Shown piece after piece: positions 16,055 to 27,227 of a stretch of 64,000 nucleotides of DNA (its first letter is position 1; each line of letters begins with the position of its first letter). The DNA comes from a virus, in the IMG/VR virus record IMGVR_UViG_3300031963_000063, positions 21,487 to 85,486 of that record; one strand, given 5' to 3'. Under the pieces are notes generated by a model. The model was not told the origin of the DNA. It saw nothing but the letters and a program-made list of their open reading frames with translations, and searched no databases. Both the position numbers and the translations under genes were made by a program.

Positions 16055-18874
16055 TTACCACCAGGTAATTTTTACATATCCATCACCACCTTTCCCACCA
16101 ATACCAACTGTCTCTCGATTAGCAGCGCCACCTCCTCCACCACCACCTCGAATACCATCAGCACCTCTTCCTGCTGAAAGTTTTAATTGACCGATAGAGG
16201 GAAAACCTCCTCCAGAATCAGAAGCATACACAACATCATTAAATTTATATCCATATGTAAGTCCATAAATTCCAGTTGAAGTATTAGATGTCCTCAATGT
16301 CCACACAATACTATTCGTTGAAGTGATTATTCTACCATCACTATCACCTATAATAAATAATGAATTTCCATATGAAATTGCACGAACATCACCAGTTAAT
16401 CCAGGAGTTGTTCTAAGTTCCCACCAAATTGAATTAGTGGAAACCGAAACTCTACCGGCATTGCCACCAATAAACAAAAGATTACTAGTAGTATTGCTTA
16501 CAGTAGAAATAATATTAGTATAATAAACTGTGTATATTGCTGTAGAAAAAGTTCCAATAGTTCTTAATGACCATTGAATAAGATTTGTAGACGCTCGTAG
16601 TCCCCCATTTGCGCCTGCAATCATATATCTAGCACCATCAGTAAATGCACCAGTACCAAGAGAAATAACAGAAGATTCACCACCACCAGATGTTCTAAGA
16701 GTCCAATGAATTGTATCTGTTGAGGTTGTTGTTGCTGAAAGACCAGTGGCAATAAAAGTATTGAGTGCAGAGTTATAATCAATACTATTTAATGCTCCAA
16801 GAGCCCCAGTTCTGTATGTCCAAGTAATTGTGTCTGTTGAAGTTAGTATATATCCACCAATGGCACTTGGAACAAAAGATCCTACTGCAACATATTTACC
16901 TTGACCAAAAGTTATACCTTCTGTTTTAACTGCCGCAGAAGGCACTGTTCTCAAAATCCAAGTAATTGTGTTTGTTGAAGACGCTATATATTTACCACCA
17001 ACTAAATAAATGTTACTAAAATCAAAATATTTAATAGTCAACATTGTATCATTAGAACCAAAACCAGAAGTTCTTAAAGTCCAAGACCAAGTATGTGTAT
17101 CATATGAGACTCCACCTCCACCTCCACCTGGACCATAAGGAATACCTGGATAAGCATATATGATATCTGGATTATTTTGCAAAGGTGTTCCACCAGATGA
17201 TGATGTTGTCATACCGTACATATTAATAGATCCTCCAGCACCTCCAGAGAAAGATGTACCTGCAGCACCATTTCCACCAGGAGTGGGTTGAAATCTTAAT
17301 GATTGGGTTGTTGCGGTATTACCAACACCATGACTATTAAATTGAACACTTGCACTAAGTCCTGATTGGTTTAAAAAAACAAAATTTCCTTCAAGTAGAC
17401 TACTTAAAGAAGCACCCGCAGAAACAGATGGATAATTGAAATTCGATTGAACAGTCCCTTTCGCAGAAATTTGACAATTAATATTACCTGGACCAGTCCA
17501 GGAAACAATTGTTGATCCTCCGTTACTACCAACAATAGTATTAAATGAAGCCCCAGTTCCACCTGCACCAACTTGAACAAATATATTTTCTGAAGTTATA
17601 AGTCCCGCGGGAACATACCAAGAAGTATATGCACCACTAGCACCACCCAATCCAGAAAGTAAACCATAAGATACAAGAACAGTTGTCGCAGATGCAAGAT
17701 ATACATTACCATTAACTATTACAGAATCAGAAATATTCTCAGCTGTTCTACTAGTTCTTCTAGTCCAAACAATACTGTCAGTTGAACAAGATATAACACC
17801 ATTCGCACCTGCGATACCAATATATTTTCCATTATAAAAAGAAGTATTCAAAAATTGAGCAGAACTGGTTCTTAAAGTCCAATGAATCGAATCTGTAGAT
17901 ACATCGGTCTCAACGGGACCTCCACCTCCAGTAAGAGCAAAGTATAAATTCGGGCCCTCAAGATAATTAATATCGGAGTAATTTCCAAAACTAATGGCTC
18001 CCGTTCTAGATGACCAGTGTATGGTATCTGTTGATGCACTTATGAGTTTTGAATTCCCTACAATGAAAAATGTATTATTGGCATAATATGTTTTACTAAT
18101 AGTATTTTGATTACCTGCAGTTCTTAAAGTCCATTGAATTGCATTTGTTGATACAGCTACTCCACTGGTAGTTGCAGTGCTAACATGGGCTAGATAATAA
18201 TTAGTTCCACCAACATTTCCAAAAGCAAACTCAAGAGCACCATCTGACGTTGGAATAGTTCTTAGTGTCCATACAATTCCATTAGTAGAAGTTTGAGTAT
18301 AAGGAAGAGATGTAGCTTTGGAGCTCAATAAATAAAGACCATTAAAATATCTTAAATGACGAACTGAATGATTAACTCCACCAGTAAGTTGTGTTCTTCG
18401 ATTCCAAATAATACCATCAGTTGATTGTACTACATACGCAGGAAATCCAAGAGCTGCTGTTAGGATATTATTTTCATCTTTCACAATAGAATATTTGTCA
18501 GCAGAAGATCCAGATGTAGTGGTTGTTCTTAAATACCAAGTAAAAGTTGATTCATCTAGATTTTGCCCAGCACCACCGCCTCCACCAGCACCATAAAGTT
18601 CAAAATAAAATAAGTTTGCATTTTTTGGTTTTGGAAAACCTACGGCTGCGGGTGGTGGTACAGGAGATCCAAATTCTGCAGTACCAGAAAGTTCTTCCCA
18701 TGATGTTGATACTCCATCAGTGCTAACAAGAAATTTTCCAGAATTTCCAGTTTGTGTGGGTAAACTTACTCCACCCGTTAGGTTAGCATCAACATATTGC
18801 TTATTTAAAACATCATAGGTATCAAAAATTGTAGTTGTAATTCCAGAAATAAAATTAGATCCTGCTGTTGTCAT
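16055..18874 (-). CDS. Large virion/fibre protein, paralog 2
   Basis: DVLNKQYVD, STxxIxWTLRT repeats, C-terminal GGKGGDGYVKITWW. Confidence 0.7.
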   Translation of the reverse strand: MTTAGSNFISGITTTIFDTYDVLNKQYVDANLTGGVSLPTQTGNSGKFLVSTDGVSTSWEELSGTAEFGSPVPPPAAVGFPKPKNANLFYFELYGAGGGGGAGQNLDESTFTWYLRTTTTSGSSADKYSIVKDENNILTAALGFPAYVVQSTDGIIWNRRTQLTGGVNHSVRHLRYFNGLYLLSSKATSLPYTQTSTNGIVWTLRTIPTSDGALEFAFGNVGGTNYYLAHVSTATTSGVAVSTNAIQWTLRTAGNQNTISKTYYANNTFFIVGNSKLISASTDTIHWSSRTGAISFGNYSDINYLEGPNLYFALTGGGGPVETDVSTDSIHWTLRTSSAQFLNTSFYNGKYIGIAGANGVISCSTDSIVWTRRTSRTAENISDSVIVNGNVYLASATTVLVSYGLLSGLGGASGAYTSWYVPAGLITSENIFVQVGAGGTGASFNTIVGSNGGSTIVSWTGPGNINCQISAKGTVQSNFNYPSVSAGASLSSLLEGNFVFLNQSGLSASVQFNSHGVGNTATTQSLRFQPTPGGNGAAGTSFSGGAGGSINMYGMTTSSSGGTPLQNNPDIIYAYPGIPYGPGGGGGGVSYDTHTWSWTLRTSGFGSNDTMLTIKYFDFSNIYLVGGKYIASSTNTITWILRTVPSAAVKTEGITFGQGKYVAVGSFVPSAIGGYILTSTDTITWTYRTGALGALNSIDYNSALNTFIATGLSATTTSTDTIHWTLRTSGGGESSVISLGTGAFTDGARYMIAGANGGLRASTNLIQWSLRTIGTFSTAIYTVYYTNIISTVSNTTSNLLFIGGNAGRVSVSTNSIWWELRTTPGLTGDVRAISYGNSLFIIGDSDGRIITSTNSIVWTLRTSNTSTGIYGLTYGYKFNDVVYASDSGGGFPSIGQLKLSAGRGADGIRGGGGGGGAANRETVGIGGKGGDGYVKITWW

Positions 18875-18890
18875 TTTTTACTTTTCCTCC

Positions 18891-21689
18891 TTATACCCAA
18901 CTGATACGAACATATCCATCACCACCTTTTCCACCAATACCAAAAAGAGTAGAACCACCATTATAACCACCCCCTCCTCCACCAGAACCACGTTTTCCAT
19001 CTCCACCATCACCAACAAGTCCCCTTTTTGGTGATGTTAATAATACATTTGAATTTGCACTTAGAAAAAGATCTTGAGAGAATAACAAAGAACTACATGA
19101 ATTAACAGTTCCAGACGTCCTTCGTATCCAATGAATTGTATCTGTTGAAATACATAAAAACCCACCCCCACCTCCGATTAAATGAGTAATATTTCCAAAA
19201 GTATATCTAATAGGTCCAGAAGTAATGGTAGTGGTTCTTAACCTCCATTCAATTCCATTCGTAGAACTAAAGAGTTGTTGTCCAACAGTGGTCCCAATAT
19301 TAAAAATTCCGTTACCAATATTAATGTCTTCGAGAGTATTTAGTGTTCCAACCGTTCTTAGTGTCCAATGTATTGTATTTGTTGAAACAATTAATACTCC
19401 ATTTGCACCAATAACATAATAATTTGAATTATGATATAATATCTCTTTAAGAGAACCAACAAAATTAGATGTTGTTCTAAAAGTCCAATGTATACTATCC
19501 GTAGAGTGATTTAAAATAAACGGTGATCCTCCCCCATATATGAATTCATTATTACCATATTTGATAGTAACTGCAATGCGACTGTCTGCTGTACCAACTG
19601 TCCTTCTTTCCCAAGTAATTAAATCTGTAGATGCTAGTATTCCAGTTTGGGATGTACCAGCAGATATAACATATATACCATTTCCATAAGCAATATCGTG
19701 GATTAAATTACTAGTGCTTATGTTAGAAAGTGGTAAAGGTAAAAGAGTCCACGATATTCCATTAGTGGAACTATGTAGCATTCCATTCTGTGTACAAATA
19801 AAATAATTATCATTTAAATATCTCATTTTACTTACTGAGGTTGATCGAAGTCCAACTGTTCTGAGAATCCAATAAGATGCATCAATAAGAGTAGCCCCGC
19901 CACCATTTGCCCCAGAAGAAACAGGATAACCATTAACTATAGGAGAATTAGCATTAGTGTAATTTCGAGAAGCAGTATTAATGTTACTGCCATAAAGAGA
20001 TGATACTCCACCAGTACAACCAAAAAATCTAAATTCATCAATAGTAGAACTTAGAGGTAACACAATTGGGGGAGATGCATATCCACCACCACCTCCTGTA
20101 GACATTGATTGATAATGATCTAAAGATGATGGGGCAGTCCATTCTGTATTATTAAATAGTTCTCCAAGAGTTGTTCCTGGTATGGGTATTAATCCTGGTC
20201 CTCCTCCACCTCCTGGGGCTGCATATAAATAACCAGTATTTGCGGAAGGTTCAATACCTCCCGCACCTCCGAGCAAATCACCGTTGGTAGATCCACCTTT
20301 TCCACCATTTAATGTTAAAATACTAGTATCACCATTCCAAGAAACTGTAGTATTACCACCATCTGTTGCAGCAGTGCCACCAGATCCAACCGTTACTGTT
20401 AAATCAGTTTGAATAAAACTACTTGGAATTTTCCAGGTGGCAGTTGCTCCACCTCCTCCACCTCCGCCAGCAAATCCAGAAATCAATGTATATGATGGTG
20501 AGTAACCAATCAATTGCCCTGTATTAGCAAAAAAACTTCCATTTAAGTATCTAATACTACCAGCACTACTATTGGTTCCAACAATACCTCTTTGAAACCA
20601 AACAATACCATCAGTTGAAGTTCTCACTCGACTATAGCTTGAATCAGCAGTAGTCGCAGCAAATATATTTTCTCCAAAATCAACACCACTAAGAACTACT
20701 GCTGTTCCAATAGTTCTTAGAGACCATATTACAGAATTAGTTGAAGTATGTAACCCATTAGACCCGACAACTACGTATATTCCATTTCCATATGCAACAT
20801 CATACAATGATGGTGATCCAGAAAGAATATTATTAGTCCAATTAATACTATCTGTAGATGTTGCAACTTGACCAAGATTTGCTATTAAAATAAGACCTGT
20901 TGCAAATTCACTTGGATAATATCTAATCCTAAGGATATTCTGAGCACCAGATATACCACTAGTTCTGGATCTCCAATGAATCGCATCAGTAGAGACAGAA
21001 ACAGCACCAGCAGAACCAGATATGACATATAAATTTGGAGATGGTGTACCAAATTCTGTGGCAGAAAATATAGTAGTAGAAATTAATCCAACTGTTCTTG
21101 CAGTCCAATTAATTGTGTCAGTTGAACTTGAAAGGATTCCATTGCCGCCAACGCCACCAATAATATATTTTTGTGCAATTGTTGGTATAGATGCAAGACC
21201 AACAGCATTACCTAAAAGAGAATTACCTACGGTTCTTGCTATCCATTGAATACCATTTGTTGACACACGCAACATTCTTGTACTCCCAGCAAACATATAA
21301 ATTCCACCATTTTGAATGTACAAAAATTCCCAAATTGTACTGCCCGCACCAGAAGTCCTAAAAGACCAGACAGAACCAATCTTATAATTACTTGGATTAG
21401 AACTGCCACTGGCACCGCCACCCCCAGCACCAGTAGCCGAAATTGTTACGAGTTCCGCATTTGATGGTATAGTAAAATTGTAAGTTCCTGCGGCATCATA
21501 TTCCACATAACCAGAAAGTGGTTCCCAAGAAACTACACTACCATTTGTAAATAAAGACTCATTTTCATTTGATATTACCCCAGGAATTACAGTTGCTCTG
21601 TCATCAACATATTGTTTATAGACAGCATCAGTTGATGAAGTTGCTGTCGTAATTCCCGTAATCTGATCTGATTTTATTTCGACTGCCAT
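18891..21689 (-). CDS. Large virion/fibre protein, paralog 3
   Basis: DAVYKQYVD, STxxIxWxxRT repeats, C-terminal GGKGGDGYVRISWV. Confidence 0.7.
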   Translation of the reverse strand: MAVEIKSDQITGITTATSSTDAVYKQYVDDRATVIPGVISNENESLFTNGSVVSWEPLSGYVEYDAAGTYNFTIPSNAELVTISATGAGGGGASGSSNPSNYKIGSVWSFRTSGAGSTIWEFLYIQNGGIYMFAGSTRMLRVSTNGIQWIARTVGNSLLGNAVGLASIPTIAQKYIIGGVGGNGILSSSTDTINWTARTVGLISTTIFSATEFGTPSPNLYVISGSAGAVSVSTDAIHWRSRTSGISGAQNILRIRYYPSEFATGLILIANLGQVATSTDSINWTNNILSGSPSLYDVAYGNGIYVVVGSNGLHTSTNSVIWSLRTIGTAVVLSGVDFGENIFAATTADSSYSRVRTSTDGIVWFQRGIVGTNSSAGSIRYLNGSFFANTGQLIGYSPSYTLISGFAGGGGGGGATATWKIPSSFIQTDLTVTVGSGGTAATDGGNTTVSWNGDTSILTLNGGKGGSTNGDLLGGAGGIEPSANTGYLYAAPGGGGGPGLIPIPGTTLGELFNNTEWTAPSSLDHYQSMSTGGGGGYASPPIVLPLSSTIDEFRFFGCTGGVSSLYGSNINTASRNYTNANSPIVNGYPVSSGANGGGATLIDASYWILRTVGLRSTSVSKMRYLNDNYFICTQNGMLHSSTNGISWTLLPLPLSNISTSNLIHDIAYGNGIYVISAGTSQTGILASTDLITWERRTVGTADSRIAVTIKYGNNEFIYGGGSPFILNHSTDSIHWTFRTTSNFVGSLKEILYHNSNYYVIGANGVLIVSTNTIHWTLRTVGTLNTLEDINIGNGIFNIGTTVGQQLFSSTNGIEWRLRTTTITSGPIRYTFGNITHLIGGGGGFLCISTDTIHWIRRTSGTVNSCSSLLFSQDLFLSANSNVLLTSPKRGLVGDGGDGKRGSGGGGGGYNGGSTLFGIGGKGGDGYVRISWV

Positions 21690-21690
21690 T

Positions 21691-22434
21691 TCAGATCTCC
21701 TTCAATTTTTTCTCTAACTCATCTATTCTTAAATTTTGTTCTTTAATAGCTTCGATTAAAAGTGCAACTAGGTTACCATAAGCAACTGATTTTACTTCGT
21801 AGTCAGGTGCTGGTCCTTTAGGATAAACAATATCTGGTATTACTTTTTCTACTTCTTGTGCAATAACACCGATTTGATGCTCCCCATTATCAATACGATC
21901 ATATTCAACACCACGTAAAGATAAAACTTTTCCAAGAGCATCTGAAATTGTTTCAATATTAGTTTTTAATTTTTCATCAGAGTTTGCAGTTACAGTTCCT
22001 GCCGCGACAAGATTTCCGGTTGATGGATTAAATGTAAGTTTTGTTGATGAAACATATAAAGAAGAGGCAGTTCCTGAAGTAGTATCTTGAAATGCTATGA
22101 AACGAGATGCATTTGTGGTTGTATCATCAGAAATTGTAACAGATCCTCCACCGCCACCACCGGTAGCACTTATAGAAATATTTGCCGTACCTCCAGCAAG
22201 AGTTGCCGTTACACCCGATCCTATAAAATTAAGCACGGTAGCAGTCCCTAAAGAAGATCCTTCTTCTTGCACTGTGAGAGAACCGCCACCGCCAGATATA
22301 CCCGTTAATTGAGAACCATCTCCTCTGTAAGAAGAAGCAGTAATAATTCCAGAAGCATTTATAGATGCTATGGTAAGTCCTGCATCAACAGTAGCAGACC
22401 CATAAATTCTTGTTCCAGATTTAAGTTTTGCCAT
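21691..22434 (-). CDS. Short tail fibre protein with C-terminal peptidase S74 intramolecular chaperone
   Basis: SDEKLKTNI...LRGVEY...GVIAQEVE...LLIEAIKE coiled coil. Confidence 0.85.
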   Translation of the reverse strand: MAKLKSGTRIYGSATVDAGLTIASINASGIITASSYRGDGSQLTGISGGGGSLTVQEEGSSLGTATVLNFIGSGVTATLAGGTANISISATGGGGGGSVTISDDTTTNASRFIAFQDTTSGTASSLYVSSTKLTFNPSTGNLVAAGTVTANSDEKLKTNIETISDALGKVLSLRGVEYDRIDNGEHQIGVIAQEVEKVIPDIVYPKGPAPDYEVKSVAYGNLVALLIEAIKEQNLRIDELEKKLKEI

Positions 22435-22437
22435 TTT

Positions 22438-25400
22438 TTATGCCTGTGCCTCCGTCCAGGAAATTCTACATGCAAGGTTCTTACTACCATTAGGTTCCAA
22501 GTTAGTGGCCGCAATAAGAAGAATATCTGGTCCAACTGGATAACCAGGATTTACTGATCCTACGTCACCATTACCACTAAGAATTGAAGTTCCAAGATCA
22601 CGAACTTTTTCTAGGTTAAATGAAGTTGCCGAAAAGTTGCTACCACCGGAGTTTTCTGTATAGAAACCAAAAATTCTATCTCCACCGGTAAATGCACCGG
22701 TGGCATTTACCGCAGTAGCTGCATACGATTGAGTGCCATTGAAATAAACTACTTGAGCAAGAGAACCCGAACCAACAGGAACCGTTTGCCAATCTGAAGG
22801 TAATGTTAAATCACCACCAGTCATGGTTTGAGGATTCAAAATTCCCTGTATAAGAAACTGTCCTTGAGAATAAACTCCCATACCAGATAATGTTAATTGC
22901 ATTCTATTTACAATTTCTCTAACACCAAAATTCTTTCCGACACCAAAATCAACAGAAGGTGCGATACGAATTGCTAGAAGTGGTTTAGTAGTACCAGCAT
23001 CAACTCTCAAATATCTATTCATACCAGCAGTGAATAAGATCGCCTTATCATCATCATATCTACCATCCATAATAACCGAAACACCCCAATGACTAACAAC
23101 TGGAGCACATGTACAATGCAAATATTGAACATTAACTTGTGCTGTTCCCGAAGCAGATGATTGCACACCAGGATCTGGAGTAAACGTATAGTTTGCTGTT
23201 CCTCCAGAAAGTGTATATGCGGATGAACTAAAATTACCTTGTGTGGAAATACCAGCAACACTATAACTAGTCCTTCTAGTTAGTCCAGTAAGTGGGTAAC
23301 CACGGACACTAGCATTATATGCACCAATTCCAGTATATTGAACAAGTTCAGAATTGGTAGAGTCCTGAATCATTACAAATCCAGCTGTGGGCCAATTCAA
23401 AGCGTTGTCAATGAACAATGTTGTATCATTGGAATTTAAAGCAGATCCTCTAGATGCACCGCTACCAGAAACTAATCTACTAAAAGGTCCTTGATTGATT
23501 GCTTCAAATCTACCAGGAATATTTCCAGAACGCATATACGCAGCAGTATTTACGTTATTATTTGGCATCTTATGGCAGTAAATAATATCCCCATTTACAG
23601 CACGAAATCCAAAACGAATAAAACCAGCTCCATACCAGGTATAATCAATGTATGCCATCTGCATCTTGGAAATTTGCAGATTATACCCACTTGGTCCAGA
23701 TCCATCCATCTTATCCATGTTCCACTGGTTTTGTGGTACACGATAATTTTGTGTTTTTAAATATTTTACAGGTCTTGATGGATTAGGACCGATGTATGCT
23801 GGGTTGATTCTAAGTGTAACATCATCTGTAATTTGTGCTATTTCATAAGATTGACCTTTAATAATAATTTTTTCCCCAACAACTAATTGCTCTCTAAATT
23901 TTGTATTAGTTCCTGTAACAGATCCACTATTTTGAGTTACTGTGAGAAGACCAAATAATTCTTTAACAGAATCTCTTCTACAAGCGTATAAAGTTGCTCC
24001 ATCAAATTCAAAAAAGAATCCATTCTGTTCATCAAATAAACCAGTTCTAACAGATGCACCCCTCCATGCAGTAACAGTAACTAAAGCATTTACTCCACCA
24101 GGAGATGTATCTGTTGGTACTCCAGATGCGGTATAGGTAAATGTTTTTTCACCAGTGACGGTTTGTACGGTAAAACTTCCATTATATAAATTGCTATCCG
24201 TAGATCCATTAGAAGATTCAATACCTTCGATTAAAACAGTAACTCCGACTTGAACATTATGTGGTTGTATAGTTGTTAATGTGATAGTATTTCCAGATGC
24301 AGATATCGCAGCAATATCATAGGTTGGAGTAAATTTTGCCCCAGTAGAAAATTGCATTGCCTTACCAGACTGATAACGAAAATATCTTCTGGTCTGACGA
24401 ATTTGTTGAACTCCAGTTACATTATTGCCAGTGGTTATTAATACTCCACCATCTGTTGCTCTATGCTGTTGATATCCTTCTGGTGCAGTATATAATAAGG
24501 CGTTTGCAAAATTTGTACCTGATGCAAGAGACCCCGTTGGAGCAACATTAACTGGAAATACAAATGTTGTTGGTGATTCTACAGTTTTGATAACCCATGA
24601 TCCATTTGGTGCGTTAGTTGTTGCAGTTACTCCAGAAATCATAATTGGTGTGCCGGGGTATAAACCATGGGCTGCTGCAGTAGTGACTGTAATATCAGTC
24701 CCATTATAAGTCATAGCAGAAGCAGAAACCGCAAGTGGAATTCTTGCTCCAGGAAATATACCACCAGCTGCAACTACAGTATAACCAGTATCTAAAACAG
24801 ATCCATTTACTTGACCTTTTGCATAATAATTAAATTCTGTTGCGTTAGCTGAAGCAGTAATCAAATATGTTCCATCTGCACGTTCATTCAAAGAATCTTG
24901 TACAGACACAACGTCTCCCACTACTAATCCATGATTAGTAGAAGTAGTTACAGTCATTAAAGATTTTGTGGCATTATTACCAACAATTGAAACAATATCA
25001 AGTGCTACTCCACCACTCCCCTTTGCATAAAAAGATGGATAATTTTGTACAAGTGCCAAGGATTCCCACTTTGATGGTTGCACAGAATACTCAAAGTCAG
25101 TATCAATCAATGTTTGAGGAGTTGATACCCTCATTTTTGATACTGGATCCGTAAAAGTCTCTGAAGGAGTAAATTTCTCATCATATTCATCTACGATAAT
25201 TTGAAGTTTATCATTGGCACTCATCGATGTTGTATTATAAACTAAATCAATCGTAGTTGTATCTCTTGCTCCAGTTACAACTTTACTATCCGCATCCTGA
25301 GTAACTCCCTGTGCATAGTTAGATGAGTTTACTGAATAAGCAGTTGCCCCCAAATTAGAATCTGAAAAATTATAAATTACTGTATTGGTCGTGACATTTG

Positions 25401-25503
25401 TAATCAGAATCAATCTTTCACGAAGAATAGCACGAGGAATAGTTATTCTTCTACTGATAGGAACAAATGTATATGCGGTTTCCAGTATTGCCTTTCTTGC
25501 CAT
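22438..25503 (-). CDS. Virion structural protein
   Basis: Repeated TVTT..HGL..G beta modules; LIDTDFEY..QP.KWE and QTRRYFRYQSGK motifs seen in cyanophage structural proteins. Confidence 0.65.
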   Translation of the reverse strand: MARKAILETAYTFVPISRRITIPRAILRERLILITNVTTNTVIYNFSDSNLGATAYSVNSSNYAQGVTQDADSKVVTGARDTTTIDLVYNTTSMSANDKLQIIVDEYDEKFTPSETFTDPVSKMRVSTPQTLIDTDFEYSVQPSKWESLALVQNYPSFYAKGSGGVALDIVSIVGNNATKSLMTVTTSTNHGLVVGDVVSVQDSLNERADGTYLITASANATEFNYYAKGQVNGSVLDTGYTVVAAGGIFPGARIPLAVSASAMTYNGTDITVTTAAAHGLYPGTPIMISGVTATTNAPNGSWVIKTVESPTTFVFPVNVAPTGSLASGTNFANALLYTAPEGYQQHRATDGGVLITTGNNVTGVQQIRQTRRYFRYQSGKAMQFSTGAKFTPTYDIAAISASGNTITLTTIQPHNVQVGVTVLIEGIESSNGSTDSNLYNGSFTVQTVTGEKTFTYTASGVPTDTSPGGVNALVTVTAWRGASVRTGLFDEQNGFFFEFDGATLYACRRDSVKELFGLLTVTQNSGSVTGTNTKFREQLVVGEKIIIKGQSYEIAQITDDVTLRINPAYIGPNPSRPVKYLKTQNYRVPQNQWNMDKMDGSGPSGYNLQISKMQMAYIDYTWYGAGFIRFGFRAVNGDIIYCHKMPNNNVNTAAYMRSGNIPGRFEAINQGPFSRLVSGSGASRGSALNSNDTTLFIDNALNWPTAGFVMIQDSTNSELVQYTGIGAYNASVRGYPLTGLTRRTSYSVAGISTQGNFSSSAYTLSGGTANYTFTPDPGVQSSASGTAQVNVQYLHCTCAPVVSHWGVSVIMDGRYDDDKAILFTAGMNRYLRVDAGTTKPLLAIRIAPSVDFGVGKNFGVREIVNRMQLTLSGMGVYSQGQFLIQGILNPQTMTGGDLTLPSDWQTVPVGSGSLAQVVYFNGTQSYAATAVNATGAFTGGDRIFGFYTENSGGSNFSATSFNLEKVRDLGTSILSGNGDVGSVNPGYPVGPDILLIAATNLEPNGSKNLACRISWTEAQA

Positions 25504-25538
25504 GATTAATGAGTACCTTTTTTATATTTATGTGTTAG

Positions 25539-25829
25539 TTAAATAGTAGTAATTTCATCAATCTCATTATAAACAATCACAGACATATCAGTATTTTGCC
25601 TCATAAATGTTCCTTGCCCTGGACCATACAAGACCCCAGCAAAGTCATCATATACAATATCATAAGGAGCAAAGACATTTGCAGTAATTGTTGTAACACC
25701 AACATTTTCGGCAAATTCTGAGGCATAAAAAGTTCCAAGACCAGTTATACTTGGATTATTTGCTGTGGTCTCATCAAACTCCCCAGCAAGCATTGAACCG
25801 TATTGATCTAATCTTCCTACGACTGGCAT
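25539..25829 (-). CDS. Hypothetical (likely structural) protein
   Basis: ORF track; lies within the fibre cluster. Confidence 0.55.
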   Translation of the reverse strand: MPVVGRLDQYGSMLAGEFDETTANNPSITGLGTFYASEFAENVGVTTITANVFAPYDIVYDDFAGVLYGPGQGTFMRQNTDMSVIVYNEIDEITTI

Positions 25830-25833
25830 AATC

Positions 25834-27213
25834 TTATCCTGCTACAAAGTCCAAACTATTTGCAGTTGAGTTATACTGTATGTAGAAGTTCGTGGTGCCT
25901 GCAGTTCCACCAAATCTCATTTTGTTTTGTGATCGAACTCTTACATCTCCATTTACATCAATTTTAAATAATGCATTTGTCGTTCCAATACCAACATTTG
26001 ATGTTGTCGTAACACCTGTGGCAGTTGTAATCCACTGTGTACCAATTCCACTACCACCACCTCCAGCAGATCCAGTTACAGTAACAATACCAGAAGACGG
26101 AGCAGATACACTTAAGTTGGCACCAAAATCAATAATAGTTGCAATTCCAAGTGGTGCGGTATCATCCCTAATACTAACTCCAGAAGAACCTCCACCACCA
26201 GTGGCAGAAATTGTGATTGATTTTGGAGTAGAGGAATTATTTGCAGTAATTGTAACTCCTGTACCCGCAATAAGGTTTAATGGTTCTTCACCAGTTGCGG
26301 TTACTCCAGTATTGCCATTAATTTGTATAGGGTTAAATGATGATTCTGAATTGATTAAAATTTCACCATTACCAAGATCAGTTACACTAAAAGGTGCTTT
26401 AGCGAATCTAATTGCCTTTACATTAGAAACTGCATCACTGGAGTTAATTCCAGCAATTCGTGTGCTGACAGTTAATGCTAAACCAGCAGATGCCCCAGAA
26501 ATTGCAATAGTGGCAACACCATTAGAGAATGTTGCCGTCGCCCCTGCACCGACAAAGTTAATTGTTGCCGCGGTCCCTACAGTAGATCCTTCTTCTTGAA
26601 CAACAACACCAGATCCAACAGCTGTAATTCCAGTAAGACCAGAACCATCCCCAACAAATGATTGTGCAGTTATAATTCCAGTGGTATTAATGCTGCCACT
26701 AGACCCAATTCCAACTCCACTGCCAGAACCAACACCCTTTGTACCAACATACTTATAAAAAGAAACTCTTGGTAATTGTGCTGCACTAACATTAGCTGGG
26801 TTACCAGCATAGAAAAATACTGTTCCTCCAGAATAATTTAAAATCCAATCATTTGTTCCAAAAGGAATTTCTGTAGTTCCATTACTTTGATATAACTTTG
26901 GATTATAAGTAGCATCAAATCCATAAGGAATACAATCTACTAAATCGGATAAGTAGTATGCACTAGCGGCACCAGATACCGCGGTCATAGTTCTTTTTTC
27001 AAAAAATCTAATGACCCCGCTTGTAGCACCATTAGCCAAGGCAGGAGCAGTTGCTGGAATTTGATCTGCTTGTTGCCACACTTGAGAAGGTAAAACAATA
27101 TCTCTCGCACTAATACTTTCATTAAAGAAATCTCTAGGTAAAGCAGTTTCTGCTACCTGTGCAACTGCCTTTTTATATACAAAACTAGTTTTTTGTGCGT
27201 CTGTTAATGCCAT
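25834..27213 (-). CDS. Tail fibre-related structural protein
   Basis: Gly/Thr-rich; shares QEEG..VGTA.TINFVGAG and AVSNVKAIRFAK modules with neighbours. Confidence 0.65.
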   Translation of the reverse strand: MALTDAQKTSFVYKKAVAQVAETALPRDFFNESISARDIVLPSQVWQQADQIPATAPALANGATSGVIRFFEKRTMTAVSGAASAYYLSDLVDCIPYGFDATYNPKLYQSNGTTEIPFGTNDWILNYSGGTVFFYAGNPANVSAAQLPRVSFYKYVGTKGVGSGSGVGIGSSGSINTTGIITAQSFVGDGSGLTGITAVGSGVVVQEEGSTVGTAATINFVGAGATATFSNGVATIAISGASAGLALTVSTRIAGINSSDAVSNVKAIRFAKAPFSVTDLGNGEILINSESSFNPIQINGNTGVTATGEEPLNLIAGTGVTITANNSSTPKSITISATGGGGSSGVSIRDDTAPLGIATIIDFGANLSVSAPSSGIVTVTGSAGGGGSGIGTQWITTATGVTTTSNVGIGTTNALFKIDVNGDVRVRSQNKMRFGGTAGTTNFYIQYNSTANSLDFVAG

Positions 27214-27227
27214 TTATTTACTCAGTA

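Noticed and set aside
25892-26599. Long plus-strand ORF, and similar ones opposite fibre, psbA and GT genes
   Set aside because: Antisense shadows of Gly/Thr-rich minus-strand genes, with no RBS or recognisable motifs
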